A stretch of 64,000 bases of DNA. It comes from Spirochaetaceae bacterium (GTDB lineage: Bacteria > Spirochaetota > Spirochaetia > DSM-2461). The notes beneath the pieces were generated by a model. It saw nothing but the letters and a program-made list of their open reading frames with translations, had not been told where the DNA came from and did no database searches. A program made the position numbers and the translations under genes. The stretch is from assembly GCA_051531975.1 (NCBI GenBank), contig JAOPTT010000022.1, positions 1-64,000 of the forward strand, read 5' to 3'. This document shows, in pieces, positions 9,971 through 19,390 of this stretch. Positions within the stretch are counted from its first letter, which is position 1. Every line of letters starts with the position of its first letter.

Positions 9971-11823
9971 TGACAGATAGGATAGATGATCTTTATAAAA
10001 TTTTAATGGAAGCAAAACATTATTATTATCACTCAGACAAACAAACATTAACCGACCATGAATTTGATGAACTAGAAGATGAATTAAGAGTTTTAGAACC
10101 AAATCATATTTATTTTTCTTTTGTTGGTAGTGATAAGTCTGATGATAAAAAAATTACTCATCGGGAACCAATGTTATCAATGGGTAAAGCAAAAACATCT
10201 GAAGAAGCAAATAAATGGTTTAAAAAATTAGATCTACCTGGGATAGAGTACTGTTTACAACCTAAAATTGATGGTTTAGCAGCAACTTGTAGGTATATCA
10301 ATGGAAAACTAGTCTACATATCAACTAGAGGTGATGGTGCTGTTGGTCAAGATATTTCCCATATTTCAAAATATGTAGAAGATATTAAACATTCAATTAC
10401 TTTTTCTAGTGGAGACGTTGAAGTTCGTGGTGAGTTATATCTACCTAAGGATACAAAATATGATACCAAAGGCAAGGCCTTAAGAAATAACTGTGTTGGT
10501 CTCATTAATAGAAAAGAGAATAGAGAAGATCTGAAATATGTAAGATTTGTATGTTATCAAATTGTAGGTGACCATGAGATTCCATTAGAATCTAAAAAGA
10601 TAGAAACACTGAAGATGGATGGATTTCATATTGTTGATTATAGTGTTTTAAATACTGGAACTGAGATTGGTCAATATTATAAAGATTATTTAGATTCTAA
10701 ACGTGAATCATGGAATTATGAAACAGATGGGATTATTATCGCTGTAAATGATAATACCCTGCATGATGAAATTGATTCTAGATGGGTTGTTGATCATCAT
10801 CACCATTATCATTTAGCTTTTAAACCTCCATCTGTTGGGAAAGAGACAAAGTTTCTAGGAATAGAATGGCAGGTAAGTAGGCAGGGTAGTTTGGTTCCTG
10901 TTGCACAATTTGAGCCAATTAACATAGGTGGTGCTAAACTAGAAAGAGCTACTTTACACAATTACGACAATGTAGAAAACCTAAAGCTTAAAATTGGGGA
11001 TACACTATTTGTTGAGAGAGCCAATGATGTTATTCCATATGTTAAAGATAATATATCTATAAAAGATAGAGATGATAGTTTTATATCTGAATTAATACCA
11101 AAAAATTGCCCATCCTGTGATTCTAAGTTAGAAAAACATGGTGTTCATATTAAATGTAATAACCCTGAATGTGATGAAATACTGATTCAACAAATAATAT
11201 ATTGGGTAAAAGAAGCTGATATCGATGGAGTTGCTGAGGGTACACTCCGGTCTTTATATAATCTTGGTAAAATAAAACACGTAAAGGATATATATCTTTT
11301 AGAAACAACTGACCTAGTTGGTTTAGATGGATTTGGTGATAAAAAAATCAGAGGATTTATTACTGGTGTTAAAAATGCGAATACAATGACTGCTGCAAAA
11401 CTATTAAGTAGACTTGGTATACCATTAGTACAAGAGAAATCCTTAAAAAAATTAGGTATTAAATCCATAGAGGACTTTAAAGATTTTAAAGATGACGGTT
11501 ATGTTATAGGAAAAAATATTATTAAATGGAAAGATAACATTTTAAATATTACATTTCTTAATGACTTATTAGAAACTGTTAACATTACAGAAGTTATAGA
11601 AAATGTTAATAATGGACAAATTTGTATGACTGGAAAAGGTCCACTTTCTAGGAAAGAACTAGAAACAATTATTGTTGAAAAAGGATGGGAATTTTCGTCT
11701 ACTATGACAAAAGAAGTTAAAATCTTACTCTGTGAAGATATTGAAGGGGAAAGTAGTAAACTTAAAAAAGCAAAAAAACTTGGTATTGAATTAATGAGCT
11801 ACAATAACTTCTTAAATAGTTGA
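9970..11823 (+). CDS. ligA: NAD-dependent DNA ligase
   Basis: KIDG adenylation motif, STRGDG, EVRGE, ATLHN, RANDVIP, CPSC zinc finger, C-terminal BRCT; ATG overlaps the upstream stop. Confidence 0.95.
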   Translation: MTDRIDDLYKILMEAKHYYYHSDKQTLTDHEFDELEDELRVLEPNHIYFSFVGSDKSDDKKITHREPMLSMGKAKTSEEANKWFKKLDLPGIEYCLQPKIDGLAATCRYINGKLVYISTRGDGAVGQDISHISKYVEDIKHSITFSSGDVEVRGELYLPKDTKYDTKGKALRNNCVGLINRKENREDLKYVRFVCYQIVGDHEIPLESKKIETLKMDGFHIVDYSVLNTGTEIGQYYKDYLDSKRESWNYETDGIIIAVNDNTLHDEIDSRWVVDHHHHYHLAFKPPSVGKETKFLGIEWQVSRQGSLVPVAQFEPINIGGAKLERATLHNYDNVENLKLKIGDTLFVERANDVIPYVKDNISIKDRDDSFISELIPKNCPSCDSKLEKHGVHIKCNNPECDEILIQQIIYWVKEADIDGVAEGTLRSLYNLGKIKHVKDIYLLETTDLVGLDGFGDKKIRGFITGVKNANTMTAAKLLSRLGIPLVQEKSLKKLGIKSIEDFKDFKDDGYVIGKNIIKWKDNILNITFLNDLLETVNITEVIENVNNGQICMTGKGPLSRKELETIIVEKGWEFSSTMTKEVKILLCEDIEGESSKLKKAKKLGIELMSYNNFLNS

Positions 11824-13953
11824 TATTTTTAACCATTTATCAACTTCTTTTAGGAACATTTTTTTTCTAATTGGTTTAGTAATAACACCATTCATTCCAG
11901 AATCTAAACAAGTCTGTTTTGCAGTATCCATTGCATTTGCTGTCATGGCAAGTATTGGTATTTTCCTATTTGGACCTGCAGATCCTCTAATGTATTGAGT
12001 TGCTTTAAAACCATCCATTATTGGCATTTGTAGATCCATCAATATTAGATCAAATGTTGTTTCATCACATTTATCTATTGCTTCTTTACCATTTTGAGCA
12101 ACTGTAACTATATGATTATCCATTTCTAAATGTTTTTTTGCAACAATTTGGTTTACTGGATAGTCTTCTACTAATAAAATGTGACTACCTTGTGTATGTT
12201 CAACATCATCATCTAATACAGGCTTTTCTATAGCATCAAAAAGTGTATCAATATGTTTTTTTACAGGAATTTCTAAAGTAAAGATCGTACCTTTGTTTAA
12301 TTGACTTTCAACATGTATTGTTCCATTCATCATCTCTATTATTTTTTTACAAATGGTTAAACCTAACCCAGAGCCTCTATATTTTCTTGTTAAACTTCCA
12401 TCAACCTGTTCAAATTTATTAAATATAGATTCAATTCGATTATCTGGTATACCAATTCCTGAATCAATTATTTTAATCTGTAAGACTAAATCAATACCAG
12501 TCGATTTTAAGTTCTCTATAAAAATTTTAACAGTTCCATTTGGAGTAAACTTAATTGCATTATAAAAAATATTTGATATTATCTGATAAAGTCTTAACTC
12601 ATCAGAGACAATTATTTGTGGTACTAATTTATCAATTTTATTAGAAAGTATAAGGTTTTTGTCTCCAGCTTGAACTTGGCCCGAGTTCATTAAACTATTA
12701 ATTAAAGAGCGAATATCTATATCTGCATCAACTATAGCCATTTTTCCAGCATCAATTTTAGAATAATCTAAAAAGTCATTAATTAGATGTAAAAGTGTTT
12801 CTGACTCATGAAGTATCTGTTTCACCTGTATAGTTACAGTATCACTGTGATCTTCAGTTAAAATAATATCACAAAACCCCATAATGCAATTAAGAGGTGT
12901 TCTAATTTCATGGGATATATTTGCAAGAAACTGGGATTTTAATGCGTTTGCTTCTTCTGCTTTGGTTATTGCCGCTGTTAATTGTTCGTTGGTTGTAATA
13001 AGTTCTTGTGTTCTTTTATGTACAACATTTTCCATCTGTTCAAATGATCTAAAAAGTTTTATTTCTGAAAGTTCTCGACTTAAAAGTACCTTATTAAAAG
13101 CTTCGGCTAAATGTTTGAATTCATGGTATGGGTAATCAAATCTATTTAGCTTTTCACTCATCTCATGGGCAGCTAACTTTTCCGTATTATTAACCAGGTC
13201 ATTTAGTGGTTTAGTAATTTTCTTGATATTTCTTTGAGAATTTAAGAATGTTGCAAAAAATCTACAAACTGATAATATAAGTATAGTAATTAGAAGCAGT
13301 AAATTAAAATTATTTTGTTTTTGAGTAGAAAAATAGAATCTTATATTTGGTATTTTTGAATCAATAAATCCTATATTCCTGGAATTCTTAGGTTCAACCG
13401 TATTATTTACATTAAATTTCAGATCTTTATAATAGAAACCTAAAAAATCATCTGTTGTAAATATATTTTTTAAAAAGTGAGATTCTGTTATGTTATAAAA
13501 TTGAAAATAGTTATAGTTATTAAACTCTTCTTTATAAATGATATATGTTTTGTTCTTATATGAAATGATATCATTATTTAAATCTGTATTAATTAAAGAA
13601 TAGAACATTGGTAAAATATCATTTGGTAAGTTCTCACCTTTATAAAGTAAATAGCTATTAAAATCTCTGTGTTTTCTATTTCGCTTTTCTAAAAGATCCT
13701 CAATTTCATGTAATGTTATATCTGAATTACCTGAATCAAATGTTTTAACTTTATCCAGGGTTTCTCTGTTGTTAGTTACATCAAACATATAATTACTTAT
13801 TAAAATATTATATTTTTGTTGTTGTTCTGAATAAATGTTATCTATTATGTAACTGAATATAAAAAACAGTAGAATTGCAGAAAGTATATTTGTAATAAGA
13901 GATACTAGGATTGTTGATCTGTATATAGCTGAAGTAAAAGATTTTATTTCCAT
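11812..13953 (-). CDS. Hybrid membrane sensor histidine kinase/response regulator
   Basis: Two TM segments, HAMP-like linker, FLANISHEIRTPLN, NAIKFT, DSGIG, GSGLGL, receiver LILMDLQMP. Confidence 0.93.
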   Translation of the reverse strand: MEIKSFTSAIYRSTILVSLITNILSAILLFFIFSYIIDNIYSEQQQKYNILISNYMFDVTNNRETLDKVKTFDSGNSDITLHEIEDLLEKRNRKHRDFNSYLLYKGENLPNDILPMFYSLINTDLNNDIISYKNKTYIIYKEEFNNYNYFQFYNITESHFLKNIFTTDDFLGFYYKDLKFNVNNTVEPKNSRNIGFIDSKIPNIRFYFSTQKQNNFNLLLLITILILSVCRFFATFLNSQRNIKKITKPLNDLVNNTEKLAAHEMSEKLNRFDYPYHEFKHLAEAFNKVLLSRELSEIKLFRSFEQMENVVHKRTQELITTNEQLTAAITKAEEANALKSQFLANISHEIRTPLNCIMGFCDIILTEDHSDTVTIQVKQILHESETLLHLINDFLDYSKIDAGKMAIVDADIDIRSLINSLMNSGQVQAGDKNLILSNKIDKLVPQIIVSDELRLYQIISNIFYNAIKFTPNGTVKIFIENLKSTGIDLVLQIKIIDSGIGIPDNRIESIFNKFEQVDGSLTRKYRGSGLGLTICKKIIEMMNGTIHVESQLNKGTIFTLEIPVKKHIDTLFDAIEKPVLDDDVEHTQGSHILLVEDYPVNQIVAKKHLEMDNHIVTVAQNGKEAIDKCDETTFDLILMDLQMPIMDGFKATQYIRGSAGPNRKIPILAMTANAMDTAKQTCLDSGMNGVITKPIRKKMFLKEVDKWLKISTI

Positions 13954-14036
13954 AATTGTATAATTATATTAACTTTATTTCTTTTAGACCGCAAGTTAAT
14001 ATTCCTTAACTGGAATAAAAATAATATTATGAGGGC

Positions 14037-15056
14037 ATGATAAATAAAAAGAATCTTGTAGGAATGACATTAAATGAACTACAAGAGTTAGTTATAGAAT
14101 TAAAAATGCCTAAATTTAGAGGTAAACAGATTGCTGATTGGGTATATAAAAAATCAAAAACAGATATAGATGAATTTACTAATTTCTCGTTAAAAGATAG
14201 AGATTTATTAAAAGAACATGCAATTATAAGTATTAATCCTACATCAAAAGTAGCTATATCAAAAGATGGCACTAAAAAATATCTATATGTAATAGATATG
14301 TGGAAATCTATTGAAGTTGCATATATCCCAGAAGAGAAAAGGAATACTCTCTGTATCTCTTCTCAGATTGGTTGCCGTATGGGTTGCCAATTTTGTATGA
14401 CAGATAAGCAGTCTTTAACCAGAAGTTTAACAGCATCTGAAATTGTTAATCAAATAATTTCTCTTCCTGAAAGTGATTCAATAACCAATATTGTTTTAAT
14501 GGGAATGGGTGAACCGCTTGATAACTACGATGAAGTATCAAAAGCGTTAGATATTTTTACAAGTGACTGGGGGCTAGGTATTAGTCCACATAAAATAACA
14601 CTATCAACGATCGGTTTAATTCCTAAATTACAACTTTTTTTAGAAGAGCGTGAGTGTAATTTAGCTTTAAGTGTACATAATCCAATTTCTGATGAAAGAA
14701 GTGATTTTATGCCAATTGAGAGAGCATATAAATTAGAAGATGTAATAAACGTAATTAGAGATTTTAATTTACCAGCAAAACGAAAGTTTTCTGTTGAGTA
14801 TATACTTTTTAAAGATCGTAACGACTCAATTAAACATGTAAAAGCATTAGTTAAACTTTTGCATGGTGTTAAGGTTAAAGTAAATTTAATTTATTACCAT
14901 ACTATTCCAGGTGAAGACTTTGAAGGTTCAGGGGAAGATAAGATGATATGGTTTAAAGATGAGTTAAAAAAGAGGGGAATACAAACAACTATTAGAAAAA
15001 GTAGGGGACAGGATATAGATGCTGCCTGCGGATTGTTATCTACAAAAAACAGTTAA
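14037..15056 (+). CDS. rlmN: 23S rRNA m2A2503 / tRNA radical-SAM methyltransferase
   Basis: CISSQIGCRMGCQFC, MGMGEPL, DIDAACG. Confidence 0.95.
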   Translation: MINKKNLVGMTLNELQELVIELKMPKFRGKQIADWVYKKSKTDIDEFTNFSLKDRDLLKEHAIISINPTSKVAISKDGTKKYLYVIDMWKSIEVAYIPEEKRNTLCISSQIGCRMGCQFCMTDKQSLTRSLTASEIVNQIISLPESDSITNIVLMGMGEPLDNYDEVSKALDIFTSDWGLGISPHKITLSTIGLIPKLQLFLEERECNLALSVHNPISDERSDFMPIERAYKLEDVINVIRDFNLPAKRKFSVEYILFKDRNDSIKHVKALVKLLHGVKVKVNLIYYHTIPGEDFEGSGEDKMIWFKDELKKRGIQTTIRKSRGQDIDAACGLLSTKNS

Positions 15057-15082
15057 TAAGAGGCCCTAAGACCTCTTATTAA
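15053..15082. terminator. Bidirectional terminator-like hairpin
   Basis: ttaataagagg/cctcttattaa between convergent genes. Confidence 0.65.
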
Positions 15083-15095
15083 ATTATTATAATAG

Positions 15096-15806
15096 TTAAG
15101 GTACAAAACTCATTATTGCACCAATTAGACCACCAAATACTCCACCCCATACAACTAACCATCCAAGATGTTTTTTAATCATATCCTGGATTATCTGTTT
15201 TACTTTCTCTGGTGTTAATTCTTCTAATCTAGACTCAATAATAGTTATTATTTTATCTTCAACAGAGTTATTTACATCTTTAGAAAAGGCTGCCTTTTTA
15301 AGTGCATCTTTAAACTTTTCCTCTTTGGATGCTTCAACAATTCCATCTTTCATATTTCCTGCAAATGGTTCTCTAAATGATTCTAGAGCTTTTTCACCAC
15401 CAAACATACCAAGCATTCCACCAAAACTAGATGCCATTATTACTTCAGATAATTTATTAAAAAAGATATCGTAGTTAATAGCATCTGCTACATTTCTAAA
15501 ATCAATTTTTTCTATGGAACTTTCAGATTCATTTAAAAAACGATCAATGTTCTCTTTAGTAAAAAACTCATCCATTATTAAATGTCTGATACCAAGTTTA
15601 AACTCTTTAAAGTTATTTGGAATTACTCCAGACCCATATAAAAAAGGAACTTTTTCGAATAACATATGTATGGCTAACCAGTTTGTAATAGCACCTGATA
15701 AGGCAAAAAAACCGATTGATAATAATAGATCACCAAATAGTGGCGAAATATAACCTATAATAATTAAAAATACTGCAATTAAGTTTGTTAATAGACTCTT
15801 ATTCAT
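15096..15806 (-). CDS. DUF445-family membrane protein
   Basis: GAITNWLAIHMLF, GSGVIP, C-terminal HLGWLVVWGGVFGGLIG; ATG at 15806 preferred. Confidence 0.85.
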   Translation of the reverse strand: MNKSLLTNLIAVFLIIIGYISPLFGDLLLSIGFFALSGAITNWLAIHMLFEKVPFLYGSGVIPNNFKEFKLGIRHLIMDEFFTKENIDRFLNESESSIEKIDFRNVADAINYDIFFNKLSEVIMASSFGGMLGMFGGEKALESFREPFAGNMKDGIVEASKEEKFKDALKKAAFSKDVNNSVEDKIITIIESRLEELTPEKVKQIIQDMIKKHLGWLVVWGGVFGGLIGAIMSFVP

Positions 15807-15913
15807 AAAATGTAATTTACTAAAATGAAATGAAAAAGACAATAGCTTTGAATTAGAAAATGAAGCGAAATATATTATAGATTAGATTTAGAAATTGAAG
15901 TGAAATAATTTAA

Positions 15914-15987
15914 TAGGCCCAAGAGGATTCGAACCTCTGACCCTCGCCTTAGAAGGGCGATGCTCTATCCAGCTGAGCTATGAACCC
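15914..15987 (-). tRNA. tRNA-Arg(TCT), copy 2
   Basis: Cloverleaf, anticodon loop CTTCTAA, GTTCGAATC T-arm. Confidence 0.97.
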
Positions 15988-15999
15988 CTATTAAAATTA

Positions 16000-16072
16000 T
16001 CGGGATGGCAGGATTCGAACCTGCGATCCCCTGCTCCCAAAGCAGGTGCCCTAGCCACTGGGCCACATCCCG
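16000..16072 (-). tRNA. tRNA-Pro(TGG), copy 2
   Basis: CGGGATG acceptor stem, loop TTTGGGA, GTTCGAATC. Confidence 0.97.
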
Positions 16073-16098
16073 TTGTTATAGTACGTAAAATAAAAAAA

Positions 16099-16172
16099 TA
16101 GGCCCAAGAGGATTCGAACCTCTGACCCTCGCCTTAGAAGGGCGATGCTCTATCCAGCTGAGCTATGAACCC
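16099..16172 (-). tRNA. tRNA-Arg(TCT), copy 1
   Basis: Same sequence as 15914-15987. Confidence 0.97.
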
Positions 16173-16186
16173 ATATTTAATTATTA

Positions 16187-16259
16187 TCGGGATGGCAGGA
16201 TTCGAACCTGCGATCCCCTGCTCCCAAAGCAGGTGCCCTAGCCACTGGGCCACATCCCG
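16187..16259 (-). tRNA. tRNA-Pro(TGG), copy 1
   Basis: Same sequence as 16000-16072. Confidence 0.97.
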
Positions 16260-16272
16260 TAGTACAAAAAGA

Positions 16273-16301
16273 ACTATACAGATTCCCTTTTCTTTAATCA
16301 A
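16273..16301 (-). promoter_or_regulatory. Sigma70-like promoter of the tRNA operon
   Basis: TTGATT-17 bp-TATAGT on the minus strand, just upstream of tRNA-Pro. Confidence 0.65.
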
Positions 16302-16340
16302 TAGAAATTCATAAAAATTGAGTGTTTTATAGTGATTTTT

Positions 16341-16380
16341 TCTTGTTTCTGTTGACAGAAACAAGACTAAAGTATATTTT
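16341..16380 (+). promoter_or_regulatory. trp promoter region with a perfect 12-2-12 palindrome over the -35 box
   Basis: tcttgtttctgt-tg-acagaaacaaga; TTGACA at 16352-16357 with a weak -10 downstream. Confidence 0.6.
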
Positions 16381-16407
16381 GTATCTATCGATAGTAACGG
16401 AGTGTTT

Positions 16408-17811
16408 ATGAATAAAAGAACTGACGGCATAATAAAAGTTATATCTGGTGAGAGATTTACACCATTTGCATTAGCTGAAAAACTACAAGCTAAAGTTATA
16501 TTAGAGTCTTCATCATTAGCCAAAGGTAGAGAGAGATACTCTCTGCTTTTAATAGAAGAGGCATTTAGAGTAAGTCAGAAAGATAAAGACATCTCTTTAA
16601 TTAAAAACAAAAAAAAATATAAGTTAAACCACGGTGGAGACGATATTTTATCTGTGCTTGAATATTTTGCTAGTCAGCACCCAAAGGTTCACCAGGATTT
16701 CCCATTTCCTGCAGGTGGAATAGGATTTTTATCATATGAGTTTTGTAGATTCTGTGATGATATTAACTTCTCTAAGCAGGAAGATGAACTAAAACTACCT
16801 GATGCTGAATTTATATTCCCCCATGTTGTAGTAGTAATTGACCATTATTCAGATCTTATATATTTAATAGGTCTTAATTATAAAGAAGCTGAAACTGATT
16901 TAAAGAGTTTAGTTGATCAAACTGAAGATCGAATCCACGACCTTAATTTTAACTATATGGCAAAAAAAGAGAAAACATATCACTCTGAAATATTAACTTT
17001 AGGTGCCGGTAAAGAGGAATTTATTGAAGGTGTTCATAAAGTTAAAGACGAAATAGTAAAAGGTAACCTATTACAAGGTGTATTATCTAGAAGGTTAGAT
17101 ATAAAAACAGATATACCAGCATTTGAAGCTTATAGAAATCTAAGATCGGCAAATCCATCACCATATATGTTTTATATTGATTTTGGTGAGTATCAACTGT
17201 TTGGTGCTAGCCCTGAAGTTCATGTTAAAATAGATCGGGATAAGGTTTTAATGAGACCTATAGCCGGTACAAGACGTAGAGGTAAAGATAATGCCGAGGA
17301 TATTGCGCTAGAAAAAGAACTTCTTTCTGATGAAAAAGAGAAAGCTGAACACTTAATGTTAGTAGATTTAGCTAGAAATGATTTAGGGAGAATTTGTTTA
17401 GGAGGGTCTGTTAAACCTACTGAACTTATGAGAATAGAGAGATACTCAAAGCTTATGCACATAGTTTCTGAAGTAGAAGGTAAACTTCCTGAGAATTTCA
17501 GACCATCTGATGCAGTTAGAGCAACATTTCCTGCAGGAACTGTTTCAGGAGCACCTAAAATACAAGCGATTGAAACTATATGCCAGTTAGAAAAACAAAA
17601 AAGAGGCTTTTATGCTGGTTTAGTTGGTTATATGGGTGTTGAAGGTGAGTTAGATACATGTATTAGTATACGGTGTGCACTTAAAAAAGGTGAACACTTA
17701 TATCTACAAGCTGGAGCAGGAATTGTTTATGATTCTACTCCAGAGAGAGAATTTGAAGAGACTGGTGAAAAGATGAGAGCATTGGCTTTAGCTGTAGGAG
17801 TAGACGTATGA
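16408..17811 (+). CDS. trpE: Anthranilate synthase component I
   Basis: NPSPYMF, GASPE, PIAGTRRRG, EHLMLVDLARND, FPAGTVSGAPK. Confidence 0.96.
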   Translation: MNKRTDGIIKVISGERFTPFALAEKLQAKVILESSSLAKGRERYSLLLIEEAFRVSQKDKDISLIKNKKKYKLNHGGDDILSVLEYFASQHPKVHQDFPFPAGGIGFLSYEFCRFCDDINFSKQEDELKLPDAEFIFPHVVVVIDHYSDLIYLIGLNYKEAETDLKSLVDQTEDRIHDLNFNYMAKKEKTYHSEILTLGAGKEEFIEGVHKVKDEIVKGNLLQGVLSRRLDIKTDIPAFEAYRNLRSANPSPYMFYIDFGEYQLFGASPEVHVKIDRDKVLMRPIAGTRRRGKDNAEDIALEKELLSDEKEKAEHLMLVDLARNDLGRICLGGSVKPTELMRIERYSKLMHIVSEVEGKLPENFRPSDAVRATFPAGTVSGAPKIQAIETICQLEKQKRGFYAGLVGYMGVEGELDTCISIRCALKKGEHLYLQAGAGIVYDSTPEREFEETGEKMRALALAVGVDV

Positions 17812-19388
17812 TAGTATTAATAGATAATTTTGATTCATTTACACATAATGTATATCAGCAATTAGTTCAGGTAACAGATATGGAAGTAAAGGTTATTAGA
17901 AATAACAAAATTACAGTCCAGGGTGTAATAGATCTGAATCCAAGTCATCTGATTATATCTCCAGGACCTGGTAGACCAGAGAATGCAGGTATTTCATTAG
18001 ATCTAATTAAAGAATTTGCTGGAAAGATACCAATATTAGGTATTTGCCTTGGGCATCAAGTTATTGTAAGTGCTTTTGGTGGTGAGATAATTGGAGCAAA
18101 AAATATTGTTCATGGTAAAGTTGAATCAATAAAATGTGATGGTAAAGGTCTGTTTAGAAATCTTGATTCACAGATAAAGTTTACAAGATACCACTCATTA
18201 GTTGGTAATAGTAAAAACTTACCTGACTGTTTTGAAATAACATCAACAAGTAACGATGGTGAAATAATGGGTGTTAGACATAAAGAATTTAATATTGAAG
18301 GTGTACAATTTCATCCTGAATCAATAGCAAGTGAAAGTGGATTAAGTCTATTTAAGAATTTTTTAAACTATAAAAGAGAGCCATATAATATAAAAGGTAA
18401 TTTAGAGAAATTAATAAAAGGTACTAGTTTAACCTTTGATGAAGCTAAAGAGTTTATGGATGAACTTACAGAGGGTAATTTATCCGATGCAGTTATAGCT
18501 GCTTATTCTACAGCCCTGAATTGTAAAGGAATATCACCTGAAGAGATTGCTGGCTGTGCTAAAGCATTAAGAGATAAAAGAACTCCTGTTGTTATAGATA
18601 AACCAGCATTAGATACTTGTGGAACAGGTGGAGATGGTCTGAATACTTTTAACATCTCTAGTTTTACTGCACTTATTGCTGCAGCATGTGGTGCAAATGT
18701 TGCTAAACATGGAAGTAGAGCAGTTTCTAGTAAAAGTGGAAGCTCAGATTTTTATTCTGAACTTGGTATTAGTTTAGATAGCGACCCTAAAAAAGTAGCT
18801 GATAATATTAATAATAAGGGTTTTGCATTTATGTTTGCTCCTCATTTCCATAGTGCAATGAGGTTTGCAGCACCAGCAAGAAAAGCATTAAAAATAAAAA
18901 CTATATTTAACTTAATAGGCCCCTTATCAAATCCGGCTAATGCGGACTTTCAGCTAATAGGTGTATGGGATAAAGATTTTTGTCCAATAGTAGCAAGAGC
19001 AGCTAAATTATTAGGTGTAAAAAAAGTTATGGTAGTTCATGGTTTAGATGGTATAGATGAAATATCTATCTCTGATAAGACTAGAATTGTATCAATAGAT
19101 GAAGACGGTGTTGAATCAGATTATATATTTGATCCAGCGGAACACGACATACCGATGTATAAAATGTCTGAACTAATTGGTGGTAGTCCCTCAGAAAACG
19201 CTGGAATGGCAAGGGATATATTAGATGGAAATGGATCAGATGCAATAACAGCTGCGTGTTGTCTTAATGCAGGTGCCGCTCTTATGGTTTCTGGAGTTGT
19301 TGATACTATATTAGATGGATATAACTTAGCTACCCAAGCAGTAAAAAGTGGTAAAGTGAAAGATAAACTAAATGAGATAATTAGTTAA
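17808..19388 (+). CDS. trpGD: Fused anthranilate synthase component II / anthranilate phosphoribosyltransferase
   Basis: IDNFDSFT, GICLGHQ, QFHPES, followed by DTCGTGGDG, KHGSRAVSSKSGS, HGLDGIDEIS. Confidence 0.95.
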   Translation: MIVLIDNFDSFTHNVYQQLVQVTDMEVKVIRNNKITVQGVIDLNPSHLIISPGPGRPENAGISLDLIKEFAGKIPILGICLGHQVIVSAFGGEIIGAKNIVHGKVESIKCDGKGLFRNLDSQIKFTRYHSLVGNSKNLPDCFEITSTSNDGEIMGVRHKEFNIEGVQFHPESIASESGLSLFKNFLNYKREPYNIKGNLEKLIKGTSLTFDEAKEFMDELTEGNLSDAVIAAYSTALNCKGISPEEIAGCAKALRDKRTPVVIDKPALDTCGTGGDGLNTFNISSFTALIAAACGANVAKHGSRAVSSKSGSSDFYSELGISLDSDPKKVADNINNKGFAFMFAPHFHSAMRFAAPARKALKIKTIFNLIGPLSNPANADFQLIGVWDKDFCPIVARAAKLLGVKKVMVVHGLDGIDEISISDKTRIVSIDEDGVESDYIFDPAEHDIPMYKMSELIGGSPSENAGMARDILDGNGSDAITAACCLNAGAALMVSGVVDTILDGYNLATQAVKSGKVKDKLNEIIS

Positions 19389-19390
19389 TT

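Noticed and set aside
16260..16407. trp attenuator leader peptide or T-box
   Set aside because: There is no Trp-codon leader ORF or T-box motif, and the region is too short.
16134..16523. 129-aa minus-strand ORF
   Set aside because: It overlaps two tRNA genes and the trpE start; spurious.
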